A stretch of 64,000 nucleotides of DNA from Octopus sinensis (taxonomy: Eukaryota): contig NC_042998.1 of the NCBI RefSeq assembly GCF_006345805.1, forward strand, positions 26,164,001-26,228,000. Direction: 5' to 3'. A program made the position numbers and the translations under genes. Below are positions 40,600-53,482 of this stretch, piece by piece. Position 1 is the first letter of the stretch, and each line of letters opens with the position of its first letter. Under the pieces are notes generated by a model. That model saw only the letters and a list, made by a program, of their open reading frames with translations. It ran no database searches and had not been told where the DNA came from.

Positions 40600-42170
40600 A
40601 GAGGAAGACCAAAGTGGAGAGCAAAGAACAAATCCTTAGCAAGTAGTAAAACAAAATTGTTTCTGCATAGTTGGAATGATTATTATTTGCCCCCCCCCCA
40701 TCCCGGTTTGATGCGATGGATGAATGGATAAGAGAGGAAGAAAGCGTACTACAGTCTGTGCCAAAATAACCTGGACATTCACTGATAGCATCAGTGTTGC
40801 TTGACACTGCTTATGAGAGAGAGAGAGGGAGGGAGAGAGAGGGAGAGAAAGAGAGAGGAAGAGAGTGGAAGAGGGAGGAAGATAGAGGAAGAGAGTGGAA
40901 GAGAGAGGAAGAGGGAGGAAGAGAGAGGAAGAGAGAGGAAGAGAGTGGAAGAGAGAGGAAGAAGGAGGAAGAGAGAGGAAGAGAGTGGAAGAGAAAGGAA
41001 GAGAGAAGAAGAGAGAGGAAGAGAGAAGAAGAGGGAGGAAGAGAGTGGAAGAGAGAGGAAGATGTGGAAGAGAGTGTAAGAGAGAGGAAGAGAGAGGAAG
41101 AGAGAGGAAGAGGGAGAGGAAGAGAGAAGAAGAGAGAAGAAGAGGGAGGAAGAGAGTGGAAGAGAGAGGAAGAGAGTGGAAGAGAGAGGAAGAGAGTGGA
41201 AGAGAGAGGATAAGAGAGGAAGAGAGAGGAAGACAGTGGAAGAGAGAGGAAGAGAGTGGAAGAGAGTGAGGCTGTCGAAGAATGCTGAAATTGTAGTGAT
41301 TGTCAGTCGATAGCAGATGAGTGAAATGTCCTGCAGTGTAAGCTGCATGTAAACTATGAAAAATAACTGACAAATAATAGAATAAAAAAAATGGAAAGGA
41401 TAACAGAGGAGGTTGGTGTGATAAGTATTGTCAAGATAGCACATCACTTGAATGAAAATCTCAATGTACAGACTTGTTTAATTACTAGAATCTTTATAGA
41501 AGTTTTAACTTTTAAGAACTGTCTTAAAGACTATGCTTACATCTAATACTTGTCGTATCATTGTTTTATAGAGGATTACGTGATCTTTAAGATAAATGAG
41601 GGACTATTGAATCAGATACATTTGTGCAATTAGCAATATTAGAAATTCTTGATACTTAATAAGAAGTGTATCTCCTTAATAAGATATGAAATTTATCAAT
41701 AGCATTTATGCCTGTGGAATCATGTAATTATTTTAGAAGCATTTCAGGTTCTAAAGAGATTACTTATCAAGGATAGAGTATTTTGATATACTTCTTAACA
41801 GATCACTGATAGTGAATGAAACATTCAATCAGAAATTATCACAAATATAGATTAAGAAAGCTACAGAGACTGCTCTGGGTGATAAAGAGATTATAAAGAC
41901 TTTAGAGACAAAGAATTCAAGAAAGTCACTTGAGAAAGACAGTATTGCTATTGTGATGTTGAAGTATCATCGAATAACTGTTAAGAAAACTATTATTGCT
42001 TTTACTAGAAATTTCTGGGAATTGAATCCATCCATCTGTATTATTATTAGAGGGATGCAGTCATTCAGGGATTGAACAAATGAATCAGTGTTGATAATTA
42101 TAATGGTGAGAATCAACGAAATATTGCATTTTCATATACCATGAGTGGAATGGGAAATCTACAGAATTAT
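40600..42170 (-). mobile_element. Heavily decayed CR1/L2-like RT region interrupted by a minisatellite
   Basis: Minus-strand LYKTMIRQVLD motif; otherwise fragmentary. Confidence 0.4.
40815..41268. repeat. 10-bp unit (GAGAGGAAGA)n minisatellite
   Basis: Direct observation. Confidence 0.95.
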
Positions 42171-42397
42171 TTAAAGGATCTCTAGTGTGGGAGCAAGGCC
42201 CACGTATTTTGAGGAAGAAATATAATTGTTTAAAATTGATGTATTACTTGAATGTCACTTTATTATTTTATTGGTTTTGAAAGGACGAAAGGCAAAGTTG
42301 ATCTCAGTGAGAATTGAACCCCAAACATACAAGGTTGTACTTAAGTCATTTTATCCAGTGTTCTAACAACTCTGCCAATCACCACCTACTCATTTAA

Positions 42398-42861
42398 CTC
42401 TTTTGTTACTCTATTTATTTTGAGATGCTCTGTGTTTCTTTCAATTAATTTTAAATGTAACAAAGAATTTAGTAAAATAACTTAGTTATCATTAAGCTAG
42501 TGTTAGAAACATAAATTGTGACTAAGGTTTGGTGGAAGATTTTAATTCACGACTTATGAAAATAAGACATTTGTACTACAGAGTCAGAGGCAGTTTCAGC
42601 CAGGTTGGTATCAAAAGGGCTAAATTAATCATTTGTTAGCCCTTTTGCTACCATATTTCCTTTGAGATGTTCTGTGTTTCTTTCAATTAATTTTATATAT
42701 AACAAAGAATTTAGTAAAATAACTTAGTTATCATTAAGCTAGCGTTAGGAACATAGATTGTGACTAAGGTTTGGTGGAAGATTTTATTTAATTCAGAACT
42801 TTTGGAAACAAGACATTTGTACAGAGCCAGATCGGCTTCAGCCAGATCGGTATCAAAAGGG
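42398..42861 (-). mobile_element. Second TTAA-MITE dimer (42398-42619, 42640-42861)
   Basis: Reverse complement of 15590-16053 including the spacer. Confidence 0.8.
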
Positions 42862-43348
42862 TTAAATACAGTTTCATAGTATTTAAAATGGAGTGTAATC
42901 AATTAGTAATGAAACTATAGGAACAGCTGAAATAGTAGCAGCTATTTGGTTCCTCTTTTACAGTCCATGGCAAGATTGTATAAACATAACAGATTTTTAC
43001 ATCTAATGTAAACATCTAGTAAACTTATTTAATTTATGAATGCAATGATGAGTAAATACTTTGGGTATACCCCATAGTATACTTCAGCATGAAAAATAAT
43101 CACTGCTGGCATGTCAGTGATTCACATAACAGAAATAACAGTTGAAAATGTGACAAATATACAAAATGAGGAGCAATATCCTAAACAGTCACAATAAATT
43201 CAGTTTTGTGGTAGCAGTAAAATGTAGCATAACAATTGCTGGTGAAACTATAAGAATAATTGAAATGTTGACTCTCAGTCGGTCACTTTTTCCTGTTCAT
43301 AGTGAGATTTTATAAACATTACAACCATTTACATTTATCTTGTATGTC

Positions 43349-43612
43349 TCATCATCATCATTTAACGTCCGCTTTCCATGCTAGCATGGGTTGGACGATT
43401 TGACTGAGGACTGGCAAACCAGACGGCTGCACCAGGCTCCAATCTTGATCTGGCAGAGTTTCTACAGCTGGATGCCCTTCCTAACGCCAACCACTCCGAG
43501 AGTGTAGTGGATGCTTTTACGTGCCACAGGCACGAGGGCCAGTCTGGCGGTACTGGCAACAGCCACACTCGAAATGGTGTTTTTTACGTGCCACCTGCAC
43601 AGGAGTCAGTCC
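43349..43612 (-). mobile_element. RTE 3' UTR fragment
   Basis: (cat)n followed by conserved tail motifs. Confidence 0.8.
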
Positions 43613-44154
43613 GTGAAAGTTAATATCTTTGTGTATAGTAATCTGTGAATTTTGATATATGAGGAAAAACTGGCTGCTATTTCTAACACATCCAGCATGT
43701 AGCATGAGTATATTGTATTATGGTTTCACCCTTTTTTTACACATCTTAGGCTAAGAGATTGTCAGTTTTCTAGTTTCTTACTGATATTCATATCCTTTGT
43801 AAATATACTTTGACAAAAGATATCACACATACATATATATATACATAAATATATGCCAGTAAGAAATGTGTGTGTAAGTGTATGTATATATGATATCAAT
43901 CTCTCACTCTATACATAGATATTAGGCAAACCATGTCTTCACAACCATTTTAAAAGTAACTGGTCAATGTGCTAGATATAATAGCTAAATTCTCTGCAAA
44001 TAACTCTTTAGAGATTGTTGCTATTGGAATATTAGTAGCTTTGCTCCAGAGTAGCCCAGACTGAGACAACCTATGTTGAAAAGCGTTCCAGTTGTGGCCA
44101 TCTTGTCTCTCCATATATATGGAACTACATTGCTCAATAAGTCTCTCAATTTAA

Positions 44155-44374
44155 CCCTTTCATTACTGTATTTATTTTGAGATGCTCTGTGTTTCTTTCA
44201 ATTACTTTAAATATAACAAAGAATTCAGTAAAATAACTTAGCTATCATTAAGCTAGCACTAGGAACATAAATTGAGACTAAGGTTTGGTGGAAGATTTTA
44301 ATTCAAAACTTATGAAATCAAGACATTTGTACTCAGTGCCAGAGGTGGTTTCAGCTGGGTTGGTAATGAAAGGG
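44155..44374 (-). mobile_element. TTAA-MITE monomer
   Basis: TTAA-ccctttcattac ... gtaatgaaaggg-TTAA. Confidence 0.85.
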
Positions 44375-44982
44375 TTAAAAAGATGTTGATGTGTGACTTG
44401 AACAAGAAATGGCTGCTATTTCTAGTGAGCTGAGCAACCATATACAAGCTTTCACTACCTTACTATACATGTTATTTGACATGCTAGAAATAGCAAATCT
44501 GCATCAAATCACATCTCACCGCCTTAAAACAAGAAGGACACATTGGACCATAGAATTTTGGATGTGTAAACAGATTAGGCAGTTATGGGTAGAATGATTT
44601 TGATTAAAGGTCTAATTAATCAAGGCTACCCAAGGGCAAGACAACTAGACTCTACAATTTTTTGTTTTTATATATTTTTAAATGAGGGTCGTTATGCTGC
44701 AAGTTCTAAATCCTAAGAGAACAATTCTAACAAACATGGAAATAGCAGCAGATAGAGATACCAATCAAACTCTTTGTTTGATTGTCTATCACTTTTATTA
44801 TATTTCTACTCAAATAGAATTGATTGAAGTTGTTAATATTGCTACACTTCATTATCGTCGTTAAGGAAGTTATTAAAAATTGAAACCTATCAGTGACCTC
44901 TGGGACACCATGTATGCATACATATTTATATGTATACATATGTATATATATTTATATGATATATATATATATGTGTGTGTGT

Positions 44983-45190
44983 GACCTCGTGTGTACCGTT
45001 GGCGATTTTTTTTTCCTCTGTTATCCCTTCTCTGGATCTTTCCTTCTCCTATGTTTCCAACGAAGAGCTCTGCTCGAAACGTTAAACCCTCCTTCTTTCC
45101 TTCTTTCCTGACCGTCCAATAATACTATATTTGTTCCACATCCTCGCGTTGTTGTGTTTTTTTGTGCTTTCTTGTTTGGATTAACTTTAC
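44983..45190 (+). mobile_element. Penelope-like terminal fragment with decayed hammerhead-like motif
   Basis: Homologous (inverted) to about 56915-57112 and 60190-60380; ccaacgaagagctctgctcgaaacgttaaac. Confidence 0.55.
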
Positions 45191-45195
45191 ATATA

Positions 45196-45231
<36 letters not shown>

Positions 45232-45235
<4 letters not shown>

Positions 45236-46447
45236 GGTAAACAGTAAAATTAATTACAGACATGGACAAGAACATGAAACACCACAGAGACGACACAAGA
45301 ACCACAGGACGGGACATTCGAAGCCCTCAGTCATCAGTCAAGAACCAGATCATCTTAGCAATTTCGGCTGATTAATCTTGAGATTGCTCCGATATGGCCA
45401 GCCGCCAAGGGAAATCTAAGCCAAGCACATTAGATCCCCTGGAAGAAAGCTTCGAATGTATACAACGAAAGGACGGAAAACGATCGAAGTACACAAACAA
45501 AATACAGAATACGTGACACCAATAAGAATACAAAAATGTAAAAACAATAACGGTAAAAATAAAAAATAAACAACAAAACAAAACCAGGACGTAGGACAAG
45601 GGTCTTTCGACAGGACGATTTGAGTATGGGGCTGGCTTGTGAAGTTGTGCCTAAAGGCCACGGGGAGACGAACAAATACGTGTTGCTTCTGCGGCTGCTG
45701 AAAACGAAAAGAGCGCTCAACAGCGGCTAGCTGTCACGTGAGAACAAAAGACAGGAGAAAGGGACAGATGAAAAGGGAGAGAAGGTGGACGAGGGAGGAG
45801 AAGAAAGAGACAGATCGAGGGGGCTGGAGGTGAGAGAGATAGAGAAACGTAGAAAGGGGGGGGAACGGATGGAGAGGGAAAGAAAGGAAGTGAATAAGGG
45901 AGGAGAGAGAGAGAGAGAAAAAGAGACAGATTAAGAGTCGTATCAAAGCTTGAGAAAAAATATACTTATCGTATAAGGACAATTGTGGATACGTAGCCGC
46001 CGATTATATAGGTAAACAGTAAAATTAATTACAGACATGGACAAGAACATGAAACACCACAGAGACGACACAAGAACCACAGGACGGGACATTCGAAGCC
46101 CTCAGTCATCAGTCAAGAACCAGATCATCTTAGCAATTTCGGCTGATTAATCTTGAGATTGCTCCGATATGGCCAGCCCGCCAAGGGAAATCTAAGCCAA
46201 GCGCATTAGATCCCCTGGAAGAAAGCTTCGAATGTATACAACGAAAGGACGGAAAACGATCGAAGTACACAAACAAAATACAGAATACGTGACACAATAA
46301 GAATACAAAAACGTAAAAACAATAACGGTAAAAATAAAAAATAAACAACAAAACAAAACCAGGACGTAGGACAAGGGTCTTTCGACAGGACGATTTGAGT
46401 ATGGGGCTGGCTTGTGAAGTTGTGCCTAAAGGCCACGGGGAGACGAA
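45232..46447 (-). mobile_element. Partial-tandem element: two near-identical 441-bp repeats (45232-45672, 46007-46447) with a 334-bp spacer, Penelope pLTR-like
   Basis: Direct repeats seen; flanked by (TA)n; no TG..CA LTR ends. Confidence 0.7.
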
Positions 46448-46526
46448 TATATATATATATATTGCTTCATATAAATGTGTTTTCTATAACCGTAACACTA
46501 TCTATTTCTGTTAAGAAATCTTTCAG

Positions 46527-46699
46527 TACAAATTCCTCAGCTGTATCTCAAGAGAAGAATGGACAAAAAATGAGAACAAAAGAAAACAAAAAAAGAAGTA
46601 AAAAAATCAACTGGAACTGCAAACATTACTGTAATTAACAGTAAAACTTCAACAGATGTTTTTTCAAAAATAAGCAAATTAGAATTATGTCAATGCACT
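46527..46699 (+). pseudogene. Candidate exon, ATD C-terminal part, one TGA (46571-46573)
   Basis: atctttcag|QIPQLYLKRRMDKK*EQKKTKKEVKKSTGTANITVINSKTSTDVFSKISKLELCQCT|gtgaat; resembles recalled GluA2 KQVQVEGLSGNIKF..INIMELK; phase 1 to 0. Confidence 0.42.
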
Positions 46700-47051
46700 G
46701 TGAATATCCTTGGGCTTCAATGGTTACGAAATGCTAATTTTAATCAAGTAAAATGCAACATAAAAGAATTTCACTGAAAGTCTGAAAGTTCTTTACCTTT
46801 TAAAAGATTACATGGTTATACATAAAATAAAATAAATTTACATTTTTTCCCAAAATTTTCTCTATAAATTAATTTAGATACAGTCAAAATATGTACATAA
46901 TACAACTGTATTTCTATAAGTCTTACAGTGTTGATACAAAAGCAAATTTCTATGTTTGGGAGGATAATTGAGTGGTTTAACATTTGCTATTTGAATAATG
47001 ATATTTTCCTTGCTTTTTGGTTTTTGTATAATTTTTTTTAACATTTTTCAG

Positions 47052-47146
47052 ATCCTCCATGATCAATGGCAAGAAAGCAAGGATGGAGTTATTCTCAGGC
47101 CAAACCCAAACCTGAATAATTTCTGCTAAAGATACCCAAGGGCCAG
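47052..47146 (+). pseudogene. Candidate exon, one TAA (47127-47129)
   Basis: acatttttcag|ILHDQWQESKDGVILRPNPNLNNFC*RYPRA|gtagtg; like the iGluR IG.W...G segment; phase 0 to 2. Confidence 0.4.
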
Positions 47147-47909
47147 GTAGTGGTATTAAAGTAAAGGGTGGATTAAGGTTCTCACTAAAAGAACAAAGAT
47201 GCCGATGGGCTCATACAGCTTTGATCTACCCATGACAATGCTAGACAATACTTATCCAAGATGCTGTGGAGGAGGATCAAATCCCACATCATACAGTTGC
47301 ATGATCCAGAAGTTTCCTCTTTATTCAATTAGTTATTTTCTATGAGCTTGTTGATCAATTAAATATTTGTTAATCAGGTAAATGAACTTGAGTTCTCTTT
47401 GTGTTATGAGTTTTTTGGGGGCTGTTTTTTTTTACTGAACTGAGCAAAATCTCTCCAAACCAACAACAAAATATTTAATTATTAGCAATGGAAGATTACA
47501 AAAAGCTAATCTTTATATCCAACTTAACATGAATATCTTGTTAGAATAACAAATAAGGCATTATTAGCCTTGAGAAATCCTCTTTTTTAAGTACTTGGTG
47601 CACAAAAGTACACACATAGATCATAGCAGACAAGAACGATGACCAAGTACCTATAAAAGAGGATCTCTCAAGGTTTATAATGCAGTGTTTAGTGTTATAA
47701 CAAGGCATCCAAGTTAGTGTGGATATATAGATTAACAAAATATTCATTAAATTTCTACACAAACAAAAATTTTATTTCATTGAACTTTGGAAGAAGGTAT
47801 AATTATTTAGTAAATAATGATTTCTTTTGATTAGAGTATCAGGCTCTCTTTAATTAAAACAAAATGTAACCAACTGATACTACTCACACACTCATACATA
47901 TATATATAT

Positions 47910-48135
47910 TTCTTTACTATCCACCAGGGGCTAAACATAGAGAGGACAAACAAGGACAAACGGACTAAGTCGATTACATCGACCTCAGTGCAAAACTGGT
48001 ACTTAATTTATCGACCCCGAAAGGATGAAAGGCAAAGTCAACCTCGGCGGAATTTGAACTCAGAACGTAACGGCAGATGAAATACGGCTATGCATTTCGC
48101 CCAGCGTGCTGACATTTCTGCCAGACCCACACCTT
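47910..48135 (-). mobile_element. SINE family B
   Basis: Matches family B. Confidence 0.8.
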
Positions 48136-48621
48136 GAGCCATGCCTGCACCTATAAACGTATGTGCTCAAAGGACGTAGATTTCATACACAGCAGTGCAC
48201 TCTGGCAATAAATATCAAGAGTATTCAGGAGATAGATTCTCTCAAGTGTCCAAGTCGTTCCTTAAAATCAGTTGATAGCTTTTACTACCAAGGTGACCAA
48301 CTTAATGCAGGTCAAGGATGAGAATTATAGACAGAAGACCAGAGATAAAGAGTTGAGTTGTTCAATGATTAGGGATAACAGAGCTAAACAACAACTTTGT
48401 ATGAGTGGAAGAGAGTGGATCAGAAGCAGCTGATATGAAGGGACTAAGCAGGAAGTAAACACGAGGTGTTGCTAATCAGAAGGTTTATTAATGAAGTGGA
48501 ATATTTTGAATTAAGATGTCATTGGAGATGAGTTTGTCTAAAATGGTACTGCTCCTAAGGGAAGTGAAAATAGAAAGACCTGTCAAGGCAAGTGAAATCA
48601 AAATCAAATTCAACAACTGGC

Positions 48622-49152
48622 ATCCGTGCTAGTGGGGTGCAAAGAGCACCATACGAGGGTGATCGTTGACAGAGCGGCTAACCGGCTTCCGTGCCAGTGG
48701 CACATAAAAGGTCACCGTTCGAGTGTGATCGTTACCAGCATCGCCTTACTGGTGCTTGTGCCCCATGCTAGTAGGTTGCCAAGAGCACCATCTGAGCATG
48801 ATCGTTGCCAGAGCGGCTAACTTGCTTTTGTGTCAGTGGCACGTAAAAGGCACCATTTGAGAATGATCGTTACCAATTTCGCCTTACTGGCACCTGTGCC
48901 GGTGGCATGTGTAAAAAGATTTGAGCGATGTCATTGCTAGTACCGTCTGACTGGCCCCCGTGCCGTGGTATGTAAAAAGCACCCACTACACTCTCGGAGT
49001 GGTTGGCATTAGGAAGGGCATCCAGCTGTAGAAACTCTGCCAGATCAAGATTGGAGCCTGGTGCGGCCGTCTGGTTTGCCAGCCCTTAGTCAAAATCATC
49101 CAACCCATGCTAGCATGGAAAGCAGACGTTAAACGATGATGATGATGATGAA
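48622..49152 (+). mobile_element. RTE 3' UTR with several tandem units
   Basis: Repeated gtgcc..tggcac..aaaag units; (gat)n tail. Confidence 0.8.
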
Positions 49153-49615
49153 GATATGGATAGATATGCCATAATATACATCTGGAAGATCCTGGAGGGA
49201 CGTGTCCTGAACTTTGGCATCGAGAGTTACGCAAATGCCAGAACTGGGCGCCACTGCGTGGTGCCTAGGACTCCAAACTTGCCATCAAGATGTAGGACAA
49301 GATTCTGTGATAGCCTGGGCTTCCGAGGCCCACAGCTCTTCAATATCCTCCCGAAGAACCTGAGAGACCTGCATGGGGTGGATGCAGATGTCTTTAAAAT
49401 GAAGCTGGATCTCTTCCTGTCAGGTGTCCCAGATGAACCAACTTCACGGCAGGAGGGGCAGATGAGGGCAGCTGCATCGAACTCTCTCATGCACCAAATG
49501 GCAGCTGCTAGAAAGCTTTCGTGAAGTGAAACCAAGTAGCAACACCAAATGGCGGTGCCCCAGCATGGCCACAGCTCATAAGCTGAAACTAGAATCAATC
49601 AATCAATCAATCAAT
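49153..49615 (+). mobile_element. CR1-superfamily LINE 3' end (ORF2 C-terminus to 49524, 3' UTR, (ATCA)n tail)
   Basis: RYAIIYIWKILEG..GPQLFNILPKNLRDL..FKMKLDLFLSGVPDEP..AASNSL open frame. Confidence 0.85.
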
Positions 49616-50124
49616 AGTATTGAGAATGATGACCAGAATTGCAAAGGTAAAACGTATCAGGCGAACATGGAGTATTAAGTCCAGTTCTATGTCATGGCAT
49701 CTTAGGAAAATGACTCTTATATGTTGAGAACTTGATCATGTAGCAGAATCTGTTGAAGAGTTGCAGAGATGTTCTACATATGGAATATTACTCTATAAAA
49801 GCAAGTTCAAACTCCAAATACCATATGGGAAATGGCTGGGCGTTGTTCAGAAATTTAATTCTGCATAAAATGAGTGAGCAATAGAATCTCAGACAGGGTG
49901 CAAGAGAACGATGTCTTTAAATGTAGTAAATATGTGAAAAAGTAATAGTAATTAGCAGGGCAATTTCCCCTGATGACAAATTAATAAACTGTTCTGATGG
50001 TTCACTAGATGTGATAATGATTTCTGCTACCTAAGTGAAGTGAGGGTCATTATAGAAAATGCATGGTAACTAAAAATAAGGATAGAGAGGAAAAAGGTTA
50101 GAGAATTATTTGCATTCATTGGCA

Positions 50125-50545
50125 AGGCATAGGAGTGGCTGTGTGGTAAGTAGCTTGCTTACAAACCACATGGTTCCAGGTTCAGTCCCACTGCGTGGCA
50201 CTTTGGGCGAGTATCTTCTACTATAGCCTCGGGCTGACCAAAGCCTTGTGAGTGGATTTGGTAGACGGAAACTGAAAGAAGCCCATCGCATATATGTATA
50301 TATACATATATATATGTATGTGTGAGTATATATTTTTGTGTGTCTGTGTTTGTCCTCCTAACATCGCTTGACAACTGATGCTGGTATGTTTACGTCCCCG
50401 TAACTTAGCGGTTCGGCAAAAGAGACCAATAGAATAAGTACTAGGCTTACAAAGAATAATTCCCAGGGTCAATTTGCTCAACTAAAGGCGGTGCTCCAGC
50501 ATGGCCACAGTCAAATGACTGAAACAAATAAAAGAATAAAAGAAA
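50125..50545 (+). mobile_element. SINE family A, full length
   Basis: Head to tail match. Confidence 0.85.
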
Positions 50546-50569
50546 AAAAGTATAACAAAAGATTTCTTT

Positions 50570-50850
50570 GTGTATGAATTATGTGGAAGCAATGTGATTC
50601 TGTGAAGAAGTGAGACATTGAATGTGAAACATCTGTGGTTTCTGGAGTAAAAAAGAGGCTGGCATATTCCATTACATGTTTAATGCTTTCTTACAAGACA
50701 GTGAGCTGAAGGAAAGAAAGGACAGATGAGAATTACCGATATGAGATTACAATGCTAGTAAGACATATTATGTGAATGAATGATGAGTGTTTGGTGAAAA
50801 GGTGTTGTGTGCTGTGAATGGAGGATACATGTCACATAAGAAGCAAACAT
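50570..50850 (+). mobile_element. Decayed RTE ORF2 C-terminal fragment
   Basis: RMND.CLVKRC-like remnants homologous to the 35194 element. Confidence 0.45.
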
Positions 50851-50864
50851 GTCAAATATTGATT

Positions 50865-51815
50865 TCAAATTTTGGTACACTGCCAGCTATTTTGGGGGAG
50901 CGGGTAAGTCAGTTAAATTGACCCCAATGCTAAACTTGTGCTTATGTTATCAACCCCAGAAGGACGAAAGGCAAAATCAATCTCAGTAGAATTTAAACTC
51001 AGAACATAAAGATAGATGAAGTACTGCTAAGCATTTTGTCCAGCATGCTTAATGATTCTGCAAGCTCATTAATTATTCTTTTCTACTCTAGGCAAAAGGC
51101 CCAAAATTATGGGGGAGGGAGCCAATCAATTAGATCGGTACCAGTACGCAACCAATACTTAATTTATCGACCCTGAAGGAATGAAAGGCAAAGTTGACCT
51201 CGGCGGAATTTGAACTCAGAACGTAGTGGTAGACGAAATACCGCTAAGCATTTCGCCCGGCACATTAACATTTCTGCCAGCTAGTTGCCTTCCTCCAATT
51301 TAATATTCTTTTCTATTCTAGGCACAAGGCCCAAAATTTTTGGGGAGGGAGCCAGTCAATTAGATCGTCCCCAGTATACAACAGGTACTTAATCTATCTA
51401 CCCCGAAAGAATGAAAGGCAAAGTCGACCTCGGCAGAATTTGAACTCAGAACGTAGTGGCAGATGAAATACCACTAAGCATTTCACCCGGAGTGCTAACG
51501 ATTCTGCAAGCTCATCACCTTAGTGAGGTTAAATACTAAAAGGTTGATCTTCACTGAAGAAATGATGAAAACTAAGATAAGGGACAGATATCTTGTGGGT
51601 TGTATAAGGCAGCAAGCTGGCAGAATCCTTGGTGCAATGGGCAAAATAGCTAGCAGCACTTCGTCTGTCTTCATGCTTTGAGTTCAAATCCTGCCAAAGT
51701 TGATTTTGCCTTTCAATATTTTGGGGTCAATAAAAGAAGCACACTGGGGTTGATGTAACTGATTTACCTGCTTCCCTGAAATTGCTGGCCTTGTGCCAAA
51801 ATTTGAAATCAATTT
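50865..51815. mobile_element. Cluster of SINE family B variants (three minus copies to about 51530, one plus copy 51610-51815)
   Basis: Repeated gaatttgaactcagaacgtag..gaaatacc units. Confidence 0.8.
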
Positions 51816-52092
51816 GTTGTGGACGGTCGGCTGAGTATACCAAACATATTAACATTGCCATCTTGTACTCTGAGTCCTTCAGCAGATTCTTAGTTTGTTT
51901 ACTGCCTCAATTTTTGTTTCTTTTTTTTTGGACTCAGTGACTTGCAGATGCATCAATATGAATTGTCTGAGAGTATTCCAAAGTTCATCGATACAGACTG
52001 ACTTCGTCTGACTGATGCATAAAAGCCAAAAGATTCATTCAGTCTATGCTAGCATGGTTAAAACAACTTAAAACACTGCCGCTACTAATTGT

Positions 52093-52203
52093 GGTGGTGA
52101 TGGTGGTGGTGGTGGTGGTGGTGATGGTGGTGGCAACAGCAATGGTGATAGTGGTGGCTGCTGTAGCAGTGGTGTTAGCAACAGCAGTGAATGGTGATAG
52201 TGG

Positions 52204-52235
<32 letters not shown>

Positions 52236-52446
52236 TGGTGGTGGTGGTGGTAGTGGTGGTGGTGGTGGTGGTGGTGGTAGTGGTGACAGTAGCAGTAATT
52301 GTTGTTATCAGCAAAAGAGTGGTAGCAACAGCAGCAATGACAATAGTGGTTGGTAATGAGGATGATGACAATGATGACGATAATGATGATGATGATGACG
52401 ACGATGATTGTGATGATGATGATGATGGTGACGACAACCATGATTG

Positions 52447-52497
<51 letters not shown>

Positions 52498-52592
52498 CGA
52501 CGATGATTGTGATAATGATGATGATGATGATGATGATGGTGGTGGTAGTGGTGGTGGTGGTGGTGATGATGGTGATAGCAATGGTGATGACG
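52093..52592. repeat. (GGT)n/(GAT)n trinucleotide tract
   Basis: Direct observation. Confidence 0.95.
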
Positions 52593-53272
52593 ATTCTAGC
52601 TATAAAATAAATCATAGCCACTGACACCCAGACTAGCACCTCAAATGAAATCATCATTAATTAAGAGCCGTGTATTTAAACGATCTCACAATTAGTTTCC
52701 CCTTTTAAGATATTTTAGTTATTTATATTCTTTTCATCAATGTTTCTATGCTGCCAATATTATGACTGTAGACAAGAACCAGAAATGGTATCTTATGGCA
52801 TCTGATTGAAAGATGTTGTTCAAAGTCATTTTCATTTGAATATTTATCTTAAAAATCAATAGGGCTTATCTTTTCTTCCAAGTAAGATACAAGTCTAAAT
52901 TTCCATGCTTAGGCACCTTTGATTTTTCTTCTTCAGTTCTATAGCTGTTCTAACTTGAATCAGCTGATCATAAGTATGTATTTCTCGTGTGAGCTGTTTC
53001 CTATGAATAATGATTGATAATAAGCCTGTTATCTATTAAACATAAATTCTGTAAATAATATGATTTGAAGGAAATACTTCAGGGAAGCATTCCACATACT
53101 AAATGCTAATATGGTAACATCTCAACCATGTAATAGAGTGACCTGGAAAACTTTACTAAACTGAATTTACCCAAGCAAACAAGGGACAAAAAATTCACAG
53201 AAAAATAAAAAAGAAACAGGGGAGATGACTTCAATAAAATCAGCTGATAAAAGTGGGATATTATAAGTAATA

Positions 53273-53444
53273 GGCGTAGGAGTGGCTGTGTGGTAAGTAG
53301 CTTGCTTATGAACCACATGGTTCCATGATCAGTCCCACTGCGTGGCACCTTGGACAAGTGTCTTCTACTATAGTTTCAGGCTGAACAAAGCCTTGTGAGT
53401 GGATTTGGCAGACAGAAACTGAAAGAAGCCCGTTGTATATTATA

Positions 53445-53482
<38 letters not shown>

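Noticed and set aside
45232-46447. LTR retrotransposon or TRIM
   Set aside because: No TG..CA termini, PBS, PPT or 4-6 bp TSD were recognised; it fits a partial tandem better.
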